A stretch of DNA of 64,000 nt from an uncultured Gammaproteobacteria bacterium (GCA_964403585.1 CAYOFQ010000001.1:1024826-1088825), one strand, 5' to 3'; positions 38,878 through 47,190 are shown, counted from the stretch's first letter. Numbers and translations: made by a program. The notes: generated from the letters alone by a model not told the origin.

Positions 38878-41080
38878 CTAATGCTCTTCCAACGTTCATG
38901 GCAGACTGTTCTACAGCTTTTTCATTCTTAAGATGCAATCCATGTTTTGTTTTTGCCCAATGGTGCGGTGCAGTAATAAGCTTGTATACCGCTAACCAGG
39001 CTGCAATACTCATTGACAACCAGTACAATGGTATCACCAGTGAATAGATAATCAGGGAATAATGCTCCCGCTTGGCACAGCCAATCATGTAGTAATAAAT
39101 GTACAAAAAGTTCCCGCCAATCAGACAGAAAATTGCCATATAAAATACTACTGACGGATATAATGATTCAATAAAGTCCCCAACCTGAGCACGCAAAACA
39201 AAGTATGTCAGAGTGAGTACCCACATAAACGGATTGATAAACAAAGCCAAAATTTTACCACCAACAATAGTCTGTAACGCTACCAGATGAATAGCTTTCT
39301 TATCTTTAATAAATGAACGCGGATTACGCATGTGCACAAAATACGACTGTATATATCCTTTAATCCAGCGTGAACGTTGCCATAACCAGTTCACATAATC
39401 ACTGTTGGCCTCTTCCAAAGTAGTTGAATCAATAACAGCGGTTGTAAATCCCCGTTTGGCTAACCGTATACCAAGATCACAATCTTCAGTAACATTAAAT
39501 GCATCCCAACCGTTCATCTCCATCAAATCGTTTACCCGGAAATGATTTGAAGTTCCCCCAAGTGGGATTAATGCCTGCATTGATTGCAATCCGGGAAGGG
39601 TTAAGTCAAACCATAAAGAGTATTCGGAAGTAAATAATCGGGTAAGCAGGTTCTGTTGCGGGTTGTAATAGTTGAGCTTAGCCTGTACACATTTCACTGT
39701 TTCAGGTAACGACTTAAAAGCCAAATACGCCTTTTTGAGTTGTAAAGTATCCGGAACATCCTCGGCATCATAAATAACGACAAATTCACCTTTTGCCTTG
39801 AGTAAACCATAGTTACATGCTTTTGGTTTAGTCTTTGGTTTAGAATCAGGAACTACCACAATGTCGAAGTACGAAGGCAGATTAAATTCACGTGCTTTCT
39901 GTACTGTTTCGGGATCATTTTCTTCAAGCAATAACATTACCTGCAGCTTATCTTTTGGATAATCCAGTTTGGACATTGCAGTTACAAATTGAGGAAGTAC
40001 TTCCCATTCTTTATAGAGAGGACAAAAGATCGTATAGACCGGGAGTTCTTTTTCATTTATCGCGGCAATCTGCTCGTCGGTTATTTTCAATTCCGGCGAT
40101 TTGGTCATACTGCGAACAATGAGGTAGAAGTTGAAGAGAAGATCACCAAAATAGAGAACTGTCAAAACCGACACCAGCACGATAAGCATCACATGCCAAT
40201 TAGCTACAAAAGCCAAAACCGCCAACAGACCAAAAACACTAAGAATCACCTTTTGTCGTGGGGTTAAGGTAATTACGGCACTTTCAGTATGACTTAATTG
40301 GGAGTGATGAACGTATTTTTTACCTTTATAGTGATACCCATGACCTTCTTTGGCAATAACTTCCGGATGAAGCGGAATCACTGCCGCACCACGCAGCTTA
40401 AGCAAAAGAGCATTAAGGCCGATTTCATACGAAGCTTTGACTACATTTATTTTGGTAGCTCCGGCCTCCCGTTCGTTAAAGACAATACCGACAGTATCGA
40501 TACTGTATCCGGCATCACGAGCCTTTGTTAGAAATTCAAGGTCAAACGTCCATCGTGCCGGCTTAATTTGAATACGTTCAATAATTTCTTTTTTGAATAC
40601 TTTCAATCCCGACTGTACATCACACGAGAGTCCATGCAAAAATTCGGCAAAGAAGAATTTAAATCCCCAATGGGTAAATCGGCGCATGAACGTTGTTTTT
40701 TCATCAACACGGTCGGCAACAACAATATCGGCACCGGAACTGATTTTTGCCACCATTTCGGAAATAGCTTCCGGAGGATACTGCAAATCAGCATCAATCA
40801 TTGCCAAAAGCTCATACTGAGCAGACTCAAATCCAATCATAAGGGACTGGGCTTTACCTCGCTCAATTTCGTCAGGCTTAACCAGTAAACGAACCGGGTA
40901 TTTTGCACTCAACGCAACTACTTTAGCCCGAGTCTGATCAGTTGAACGATCATCAACAAAAATCACTTCATACTGGGTTTCACTTTTTCGCAAAGCGGCA
41001 TCAATTCTTTCAACCAAAGCAGTGACATTGGCTTCTTCATTCCAGGTTGGGACAACAATAGAGACTGAATATTTTTTCAT
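38843..41080 (-). CDS. Fusion of two GT2 modules: Dpm1-like polyprenyl-phosphate sugar synthase-like domain plus cellulose-synthase-like GT2 with QxxRW
   Basis: N-terminal domain SIVVPTWNEEANV...FVDDRSTDQT...DADLQYPPE. A TM segment separates it from a second GT2 domain (IVVVPDSKPKTKPKACNYGL...YDAEDVPD...QRSRWIKGY) and C-terminal TM helices. Confidence 0.65.
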   Translation of the reverse strand: MKKYSVSIVVPTWNEEANVTALVERIDAALRKSETQYEVIFVDDRSTDQTRAKVVALSAKYPVRLLVKPDEIERGKAQSLMIGFESAQYELLAMIDADLQYPPEAISEMVAKISSGADIVVADRVDEKTTFMRRFTHWGFKFFFAEFLHGLSCDVQSGLKVFKKEIIERIQIKPARWTFDLEFLTKARDAGYSIDTVGIVFNEREAGATKINVVKASYEIGLNALLLKLRGAAVIPLHPEVIAKEGHGYHYKGKKYVHHSQLSHTESAVITLTPRQKVILSVFGLLAVLAFVANWHVMLIVLVSVLTVLYFGDLLFNFYLIVRSMTKSPELKITDEQIAAINEKELPVYTIFCPLYKEWEVLPQFVTAMSKLDYPKDKLQVMLLLEENDPETVQKAREFNLPSYFDIVVVPDSKPKTKPKACNYGLLKAKGEFVVIYDAEDVPDTLQLKKAYLAFKSLPETVKCVQAKLNYYNPQQNLLTRLFTSEYSLWFDLTLPGLQSMQALIPLGGTSNHFRVNDLMEMNGWDAFNVTEDCDLGIRLAKRGFTTAVIDSTTLEEANSDYVNWLWQRSRWIKGYIQSYFVHMRNPRSFIKDKKAIHLVALQTIVGGKILALFINPFMWVLTLTYFVLRAQVGDFIESLYPSVVFYMAIFCLIGGNFLYIYYYMIGCAKREHYSLIIYSLVIPLYWLSMSIAAWLAVYKLITAPHHWAKTKHGLHLKNEKAVEQSAMNVGRALVEEGLVGVPAQ

Positions 41081-41081
41081 A

Positions 41082-41128
41082 AATATAAAAAACGCCCAAA
41101 ATACGGCAAAAAATCCGTAGTTTTGGGC
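41082..41128 (-). terminator. Rho-independent terminator or attenuator hairpin downstream of the HTH gene, 13 nt before the GT2 start
   Basis: Minus-strand RNA GCCCAAAAC-UACGG-AUUUUUUG-CCGUA-UUUUGGGC followed by GUUUUUUAUAUUU; stem of about 13 bp plus a U-run. Confidence 0.45.
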
Positions 41129-41150
41129 AGTAATAATAATGGCAGACTCT

Positions 41151-41357
41151 CTATTTAAACCGTTGCGAGTCTATAAACTTCTCAAAATCCTTATTCAAAA
41201 TCCGATAGTATCGACCAAATTTAATTGCTTTGAGCTTACCTAATCGAATATATTCGTATATTGTCATGATGTTAAGCTTAAGCATTTCGGCCACTTCTTG
41301 AGCCGTCAGGAACGTATTGCGCATATAAGTTAAACTATATACCATATTCGAGTACAA
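41151..41357 (-). CDS. Excisionase-family helix-turn-helix DNA-binding protein
   Basis: 68 aa; LTAQEVAEMLKLNIMTIYEYIRLGKLKAIKFGRYYRI matches the Xis/MerR-type HTH pattern. Confidence 0.55.
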   Translation of the reverse strand: MYSNMVYSLTYMRNTFLTAQEVAEMLKLNIMTIYEYIRLGKLKAIKFGRYYRILNKDFEKFIDSQRFK

Positions 41358-41425
41358 TTGTCAAAGGCACATTGAAGACATCTTAGTCTGAGTATAGGTA
41401 TCTATAGCATTATTATAGGATATTA

Positions 41426-41434
41426 TGGTATAAT
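41426..41434 (+). promoter_or_regulatory. Extended -10 promoter element (TGgTATAAT) for the J-domain gene; short or leaderless 5' UTR
   Basis: TG at 41426-41427 and TATAAT at 41429-41434, 9 nt upstream of ATG 41444; no good -35. Confidence 0.35.
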
Positions 41435-41443
41435 AAGGCTCAA

Positions 41444-42040
41444 ATGAACTTTTATGAGTACCTGGGAGTAAGTCAAACTGCCAGCCCTGCCGACATCAAA
41501 AAAGCCTTCCGGCGGATGGCCAAACAGAAACATCCGGACCATAACAAAGACGATAACGCCTTTTGGGACATGGTTGAACTGAATATAATCAGGGATACCC
41601 TGCTTAATGAAAACAGACGCCGTCAATACGATGCTTCCCTGAAAAACGCCACAATCGAAGACTACACTCCGGTAAGGCCGGAAACAACCAGTCAAACACC
41701 CAAAAAGCGCAATTTATATAAATCCGTGAAGTCATTCTTCACCTATCATTGCCGAGTCTGTGGCCTTGAAATGAGCTCAACATGGCAGGGATACTGTCTA
41801 CTCCATTACCTCGAGACTACGGGACAAATTGACAACCCGGATTTTGAGTTCGAATACGCCGGACAGTGGTATAAATGGGCGGATCCACCCGACCACCTCC
41901 GCGAAGACCACAAGCATCGGGAAGACTTCCATTCTCAAGCCGCCATTAAGGTCCAACCCTGGCAAATAGCCTTGTATACGGCTTTTATAGTGCTGGTGTC
42001 GGCGGGATTGGTTATTATGACGGTACAAATTATGAAGTAA
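41444..42040 (+). CDS. J-domain (DnaJ-like) protein with C-terminal membrane anchor
   Basis: YEYLGVSQTASPADIKKAFRRMAKQKHPDHN J-domain with HPD; C-terminal TM helix. Confidence 0.75.
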   Translation: MNFYEYLGVSQTASPADIKKAFRRMAKQKHPDHNKDDNAFWDMVELNIIRDTLLNENRRRQYDASLKNATIEDYTPVRPETTSQTPKKRNLYKSVKSFFTYHCRVCGLEMSSTWQGYCLLHYLETTGQIDNPDFEFEYAGQWYKWADPPDHLREDHKHREDFHSQAAIKVQPWQIALYTAFIVLVSAGLVIMTVQIMK

Positions 42041-42072
42041 TACTACTTGAATATATTTGATATAATATACAT

Positions 42073-42693
42073 ATGATAAAAAATCTTTCGATCGGATTAC
42101 TCGCGGCAACTCTGATGCTGACAACCCTGGCAACAACTGCTCAGGCAGCTCCGGTATCCTACGACCTTAAAAAGACCTCCAATAACTACAAAGCATTTGG
42201 TACGGTTTCAATCGACAGAGTCAATAATAGTTATACCTTCAGCGCAGTAGTCAAAGATCTCCCATCCCCGCTTCCTAACGGTGGAATTTACTATTTGCTC
42301 TGGGCGCTTACACCGGATGGAAAAGCCGATAATCTCGGACCGATAACTAACAATTCCGAGGCTAAAGGTAATCTGAATACCCGAGCAACCCAATTCTTCA
42401 TCAGTTCAGAAAAAGAACGCTATCCGGAGTTTGTGAACGGTCCAAAAATAGTTCAGACAGACTCAATTCCTGAGTCCGTATTCACCACCACCCTTGGCAC
42501 TGTCAGCCCAACACCAACAACTACCGCCACCCCACGACCAAGCGGCACCAACGTACCGGCTGTCGGAGGTCCAACCGGCGCTCCGGAAACCGGATTAGGC
42601 GGATCAGCCCTATTTAACGGACTCATTGCCGGAATGTTCGTCATTGGCGTATCAGGCTTAATTGTCTCCGTACGAAATAAATATTCACATTAA
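42073..42693 (+). CDS. Secreted cell-surface protein with C-terminal sortase-type sorting signal (candidate sortase substrate)
   Basis: Signal peptide MIKNLSIGLLAATLMLTTLATTAQA; Thr/Pro-rich stalk; C-terminal GAPETG motif, then a hydrophobic segment and a basic tail (RNKYSH). Confidence 0.55.
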   Translation: MIKNLSIGLLAATLMLTTLATTAQAAPVSYDLKKTSNNYKAFGTVSIDRVNNSYTFSAVVKDLPSPLPNGGIYYLLWALTPDGKADNLGPITNNSEAKGNLNTRATQFFISSEKERYPEFVNGPKIVQTDSIPESVFTTTLGTVSPTPTTTATPRPSGTNVPAVGGPTGAPETGLGGSALFNGLIAGMFVIGVSGLIVSVRNKYSH

Positions 42694-42861
42694 AATTCGC
42701 GAAGTTAATTGTTTTGTTGAGCGAGGACTTCCGCTGGAGGTCGCCTAACTAAACGCAGCAACCGAAGTAAGCGTTTAATACTGAACAGAGTAAGAGAGCA
42801 ATAAGCGCTTAAGACAGGGAACCTGAGCATCCGCAGCAAACAAAACAACTACGAGCGAATT
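42694..42861. repeat. MITE-like or structured intergenic element with terminal inverted repeats, related to copies 1 and 2
   Basis: Left end aattcgc-gaagttaa-ttgttttgtt (42694-42718). Right end aacaaaacaa-ctacga-gcgaatt (42839-42861), whose reverse complement is aattcgc-tcgtag-ttgttttgtt. The interior has agcgagg and acttccgc modules colinear with copy 1. Confidence 0.5.
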
Positions 42862-42878
42862 GCTGCTATACTATCCTT

Positions 42879-43445
42879 ATGCAGATCATCTTCTTCGGAC
42901 TCATTGCCCTCGTCGCCATATTACTCAACATCATGACCTCACAAGGCTTCTTCAATGTCAGCGACCGGTTCTTCTGGAAACAGACCAGTAACCTCCTGTC
43001 CAAACAGCAACCCGTTAAACTCACAATTAATTCTGCCAGAATCGACTCGTCAGTCGAACGGGTCGGCATCGATACCGAAGGAAACATGCAGGCTCCTTCA
43101 TCTGCCGGCATTATTTCCTGGTATCAGTTTGGAGCACTCCCCGGCGAACGCGGAAACTCAGTATATTCCGGACACCGGGATTCAGCCTTCGGTCCGGGAG
43201 TATTTTATACACTGAATAAAGTAAAACCCGGCGACGAAATCATCGTAACCGCAGCAGATAAATCAGTACATACCTACCTCGTTAATCATTCACAAGAATA
43301 CGAGTCCGCGGATCTGCCGGTCAAAGAGATATTTTCCGATCAAAAAAGAAGCAAACAAATTTATCTCATTACCTGTGCCGGCAGCTGGGATATTTTTAGA
43401 AAGAAATACGACAAAAGAATTCTTGTCGGCGGCGTAGAAGAATAA
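42879..43445 (+). CDS. Sortase (class E/F-like transpeptidase)
   Basis: N-terminal TM anchor; catalytic His in YSGHRD; Cys in the TLxTC-type motif (QIYLITCAG); Arg in RILVGG. Confidence 0.75.
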   Translation: MQIIFFGLIALVAILLNIMTSQGFFNVSDRFFWKQTSNLLSKQQPVKLTINSARIDSSVERVGIDTEGNMQAPSSAGIISWYQFGALPGERGNSVYSGHRDSAFGPGVFYTLNKVKPGDEIIVTAADKSVHTYLVNHSQEYESADLPVKEIFSDQKRSKQIYLITCAGSWDIFRKKYDKRILVGGVEE

Positions 43446-43446
43446 C

Positions 43447-43878
43447 CTAATTCTTTCCGGTAGAGCCAAAATTTCCTCTGTCTTCGTTGCCTAAATGTTC
43501 AACTTCCTCAAACTCAAACGTTTCATATTTCATCAGCATCATTTGCGCAATCCGGATACCTTTTTCAATCGTTACATCTTCATCAGTAAAGTTGTACATA
43601 GCAGCCAAATACTCATCCGAATCTCCGCGAAAATCCCAGTCACCGATACCGATACCATTAGCCAGAATCAGACCACTCTTATGAGTCGAACCCCGTGACG
43701 CCAGCAACAGCCAGTATCCTTCCGGAATTTCAATCGCTACATTCAACGGAATATAACCTACCTGATGAGACTTAATAGTTACCGTCTCACGGGCATAGGC
43801 ATCAACACAGGCAGCTCCTTTGGATTTATACACCGGGAGCGGAATACTTTTATCAAAACGTTTTATTCTTACTTTCAT
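43447..43878 (-). CDS. dut: dUTP diphosphatase
   Basis: dUTPase motifs ASRGS, IGDWDFRGD, RGNFGSTG. Confidence 0.85.
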   Translation of the reverse strand: MKVRIKRFDKSIPLPVYKSKGAACVDAYARETVTIKSHQVGYIPLNVAIEIPEGYWLLLASRGSTHKSGLILANGIGIGDWDFRGDSDEYLAAMYNFTDEDVTIEKGIRIAQMMLMKYETFEFEEVEHLGNEDRGNFGSTGKN

Positions 43879-43921
43879 ATATCTACTTTATACCAGACAA
43901 AACTATTGATATAAATATCGT

Positions 43922-44608
43922 ATGACAAAAAAAGGTAAACTCATTGTGATCGACGGCAGTGACGGATCAGGCAAATCAACCCAATCAAAGTTATTACTGG
44001 AATACCTGGAAAAACAATCAGTAAAAGCAAAACATCAAAAGTTTCCGCAGTATGAAAAATTTTTCGGGCAATTGGTTGCGCGTTTCTTGCGCGGAGAGTT
44101 CGGCACCATTGATCAGGTCTCCCCGTATCTGGCTTCAGTGTTATACGCCAACGATCGAGCCTCCGCCAAAGAAGACATGGAAAATTATTTAAACGAAGGC
44201 GGGTATTTAGTATTGGACCGCTACGCCACGTCTAACATGGGGCATCAGGGAGCCAAATTCAAAACCGTACAGGAACGGGAAGAGTTTATTGAATGGGATT
44301 ATCAAATGGAATATGAAATTAATAAACTTCCTAAAGAAGATGTTGTTATCTATCTGTATGTTCCGTATGAAATAGCCTCCCAATTGCGCGCCAAAGAAAC
44401 CAATAAAGAATATTTGAAAGGCAAAGTCAAAGATATTCACGAAGAAGATAAATCCCATCTTATTGCGGCTGAAAAAACCTATCAATACCTGGCAGAAAAA
44501 TATGACCATTGGATTCGGATTGATTGCGTCAAAGACGATAAATTACTCTCAATTGAAGAAATCCACGCCATGATTGTCGAACAACTCAAAGCCAGAAAAA
44601 TTATTTAA
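43922..44608 (+). CDS. tmk: Thymidylate kinase
   Basis: LIVIDGSDGSGKSTQ P-loop; LVLDRYATS DRY/H motif. Confidence 0.85.
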   Translation: MTKKGKLIVIDGSDGSGKSTQSKLLLEYLEKQSVKAKHQKFPQYEKFFGQLVARFLRGEFGTIDQVSPYLASVLYANDRASAKEDMENYLNEGGYLVLDRYATSNMGHQGAKFKTVQEREEFIEWDYQMEYEINKLPKEDVVIYLYVPYEIASQLRAKETNKEYLKGKVKDIHEEDKSHLIAAEKTYQYLAEKYDHWIRIDCVKDDKLLSIEEIHAMIVEQLKARKII

Positions 44609-45135
44609 TACAGCTCCGGATTGGCAAACGGCACCAGCGCAAACACAACAGCCTGCTCATAAAAATCAGCTCGTGTAACCACGCCGTGTGTCAAAATACC
44701 GGCAGCTCCATCCTGATGTTTGGAATTAATTCTGCTAAATACCATATCGTCAGCATGTGACAATTCATACCCCTGCTTAACTAACTCAACTACCTTATTC
44801 GGCAGTTCAAATGAAGCACTGCGGCTCTTTCCTACTTTGCCATTGGCACCAATAACCACCATCCAGGCATACCCTTCCATAATCTCACCTTTATCCTCCA
44901 AACCACCTTCTAGACCAACCCAGAAATCGGCTTCAGGAACTTCCTTGTGTGCATTTTGAGCACGATTAGTAGCACCAAGTAACGTCTCTTCATTACCCAT
45001 TGGCTGATCCGCAACATTTGACGGAACTGATACGCCATCGAATTGAAACTGCTCCTCCGGGAACATTTTTTCAAAGGCGTTCTTCGTAGCTTGTATTTTA
45101 ACCGGGTTTTTTGATGCAATGATGATTTTTTTCAT
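44605..45135 (-). CDS. yjjX: Inosine/xanthosine triphosphatase (YjjX family non-canonical purine NTP phosphatase)
   Basis: Strong similarity to the YjjX pattern (KNPVKIQATKNAFEKMF...PMGNEETLLGATNRAQNA...ADFWVGLEGG); 4-nt overlap with tmk. Confidence 0.75.
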   Translation of the reverse strand: MKKIIIASKNPVKIQATKNAFEKMFPEEQFQFDGVSVPSNVADQPMGNEETLLGATNRAQNAHKEVPEADFWVGLEGGLEDKGEIMEGYAWMVVIGANGKVGKSRSASFELPNKVVELVKQGYELSHADDMVFSRINSKHQDGAAGILTHGVVTRADFYEQAVVFALVPFANPELY

Positions 45136-45206
45136 AAGGAGATTTTAACATATCACTGCGGTCAACTTGAAATTAATTAATACTGTGTTAAAGTTCAACC
45201 TATACT

Positions 45207-46160
45207 ATGGAAACCTGGTATCACGGACCAATTCTACCTCGCCTTTCATTCGAACCTCCGGATTTATGGCCACATCCTCACACGATCCCGAAAACTAAAC
45301 GATCGGGCAGACGACGAAAGATTGAACTCGCAGGCAGAGATATTGTTTTACAGACAGGCTGGACCCCATTCGAGTCACGACATGAACTACCATTACACTC
45401 CTCATTTTCAATATTGGAAAGACATGAACGGCGACTTTCAGATATTCCACGATGGACAGAATATAAGGTAAAAGATAACGGCGACATGAATGCGTATATT
45501 CATGCTTTAAGATTAAGACATATTACCGTGATAGCCTGCGAACTGGACGCTGACAGATTTAGTCTTACAGCCATTGAGCAAGACTGTCTAAGAGCTGCTA
45601 CAGAGCTATATGTCCTCGGTCCCCCTGACAGAGTTCTTTCCGAAATCGAAGCGTTCCCGTCAATAACTCCATGGGAACGGGAGGTGAATAAAGAGATTTT
45701 TCTCTACATAGCTTCAGGGTTATCGGGAGAAGAAATATGTAAACTCATTGGCCCTGGTGAACTAACGGGTCAACCAAACGGCGACGCTATAGACTGGCAC
45801 AAACTCAGAGAGATATTTAGCCTGTATCAATCGATAAACTGCATGGTAGCCGCGCTTCAAAGTTATCCATTCAAAATAGATTCACTCTACTACAACCGTG
45901 ATGAAGCCAAATTCTTTCGGGATATCGCGCAGGAACATTGGCCAAAACTTGTAGAATACGCTCATGACAACGTCCCTTCAATATGGACATTTTTTAATAA
46001 TTTCCAAACTGAGACAATTATTCGCCACGCAAAAAGAGTTTTTCCACTGGAACTGGACCTTTCCATTTTTACTGAGGATGTTGAGGAACAAAAACCACAA
46101 CCACCGGTATTTACCGATGTGGATGAACTTGCCCTTCAGCTTGAAAAGGTACGCGGGTAA
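45207..46160 (+). CDS. Hypothetical protein (no recognisable family)
   Basis: 317-aa ORF in good coding context within the nucleotide-metabolism block. Confidence 0.5.
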   Translation: METWYHGPILPRLSFEPPDLWPHPHTIPKTKRSGRRRKIELAGRDIVLQTGWTPFESRHELPLHSSFSILERHERRLSDIPRWTEYKVKDNGDMNAYIHALRLRHITVIACELDADRFSLTAIEQDCLRAATELYVLGPPDRVLSEIEAFPSITPWEREVNKEIFLYIASGLSGEEICKLIGPGELTGQPNGDAIDWHKLREIFSLYQSINCMVAALQSYPFKIDSLYYNRDEAKFFRDIAQEHWPKLVEYAHDNVPSIWTFFNNFQTETIIRHAKRVFPLELDLSIFTEDVEEQKPQPPVFTDVDELALQLEKVRG

Positions 46161-46163
46161 TGC

Positions 46164-46997
46164 ATTGTTCTTACGGGAGGAACTTTCGACCTGTTCCACC
46201 ATTCGCATTTGGAGTATCTGAAAAAAGCTAAGCAGCAGGGAGATATTTTGGTAGTGCATATAGATGGTGACATGCACACGCGAAAGCGAAAGGGGCCCAC
46301 CAGACCGGTTATTAATCAGGAACAGCGTGCCGCAATAGTAAATTCTTTGCCTTTTGTAGACTTTGTAGTACTCACCGACGAAGTTTTCTACTGCGATGAG
46401 CACCTCACAACAATTAGACCGGACATAATTGTAAAAACAAAGCGAAAGTCAGGGCGAAGCTCATCAAATGACCATTTATCAACACAATTTCCCCATATAC
46501 AGATTGTTGAAATCGAAGAAGGTGAAACTATCTCTACCACTAAAATAATTGAAAAAATCAAAAATCCGCGTATTCAACTATCTGAACTTTCGGAAGAAGA
46601 TCTTGCATTACGTGATGCCGCAATCGAAGCATCTCATAGAAGCTACAGCTACTCAAACTTCTCTGTTGGAGCAGCCGTTATCGATGAGTTCAATCAAGTT
46701 CACCAGGGATGTAACTTAAGCAACGCTTCACCAACCTTGGCTACCTGTGCCGAACGGCATGCGATCACTACGGCAGCGGTATCCGGAGCACGTCAGATAA
46801 AAAAAATAGTAGTGTATAGCCCGGGAGAACAATTAATAATGCCGTGTGGAAGTTGCCGACAGGCAATTCTGGAATTTTCAGACGAAACGATTCCTACTGT
46901 CGTAATTATTACCAACGATAGCGACCTGTGTTTAGTAACCGATATTCGTGAATTATTACCCAATCCTTTTACCAGTCATCGAAGAAAAGTTACTTAA
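46164..46997 (+). CDS. Fusion: TagD/RfaE-II-like cytidylyltransferase domain plus cytidine deaminase (Cdd) domain; start codon unresolved
   Basis: The frame opens right after the upstream TAA. It encodes ...TGGTFDLFHHSHLEYLKKAKQQGDILVV...ISTTKI (TagD-like; HxGH appears as HHSH), then CAERHAI...PCGSCRQ (tetrameric Cdd zinc motifs). The first ATG (46209) lies after the GGTFD motif, so an ATT start at 46164, a recoding event or an N-truncation is implied. Confidence 0.55.
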   Translation: MVLTGGTFDLFHHSHLEYLKKAKQQGDILVVHIDGDMHTRKRKGPTRPVINQEQRAAIVNSLPFVDFVVLTDEVFYCDEHLTTIRPDIIVKTKRKSGRSSSNDHLSTQFPHIQIVEIEEGETISTTKIIEKIKNPRIQLSELSEEDLALRDAAIEASHRSYSYSNFSVGAAVIDEFNQVHQGCNLSNASPTLATCAERHAITTAAVSGARQIKKIVVYSPGEQLIMPCGSCRQAILEFSDETIPTVVIITNDSDLCLVTDIRELLPNPFTSHRRKVT

Positions 46998-47190
46998 CGT
47001 TACCTTCATTCATCTCTTCCCATTTCCACTCTCGCTCCCTATTTATTTCCAGCTTCTTTTGTATAGCAGATTCAAGATCAATCCCCAGGCATCCACATAA
47101 ATGAAGTATTCTGGTTACGGCATCACCCAACTCTTCTTCAAAACCATAACGATCCTTCGTATTATTATGACGGTGCGCTGCATACGCCAT
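46990..47190 (-). CDS. Small MazG-like nucleotide pyrophosphohydrolase-domain protein (tentative)
   Basis: 66 aa; EELGDAVTRILHLCGCLGIDLESAIQKKLEINRER resembles the MazG C-terminal helix pair. Start and stop overlap its neighbours. Confidence 0.4.
   Translation of the reverse strand: MAYAAHRHNNTKDRYGFEEELGDAVTRILHLCGCLGIDLESAIQKKLEINREREWKWEEMNEGNVK

Noticed and set aside
41151-41357. Excisionase-family HTH gene as a marker of a prophage or integrative element
   Set aside because: No integrase, recombinase, transposase, attachment-site repeats or phage structural genes anywhere in the window, so it is an isolated small HTH regulator.
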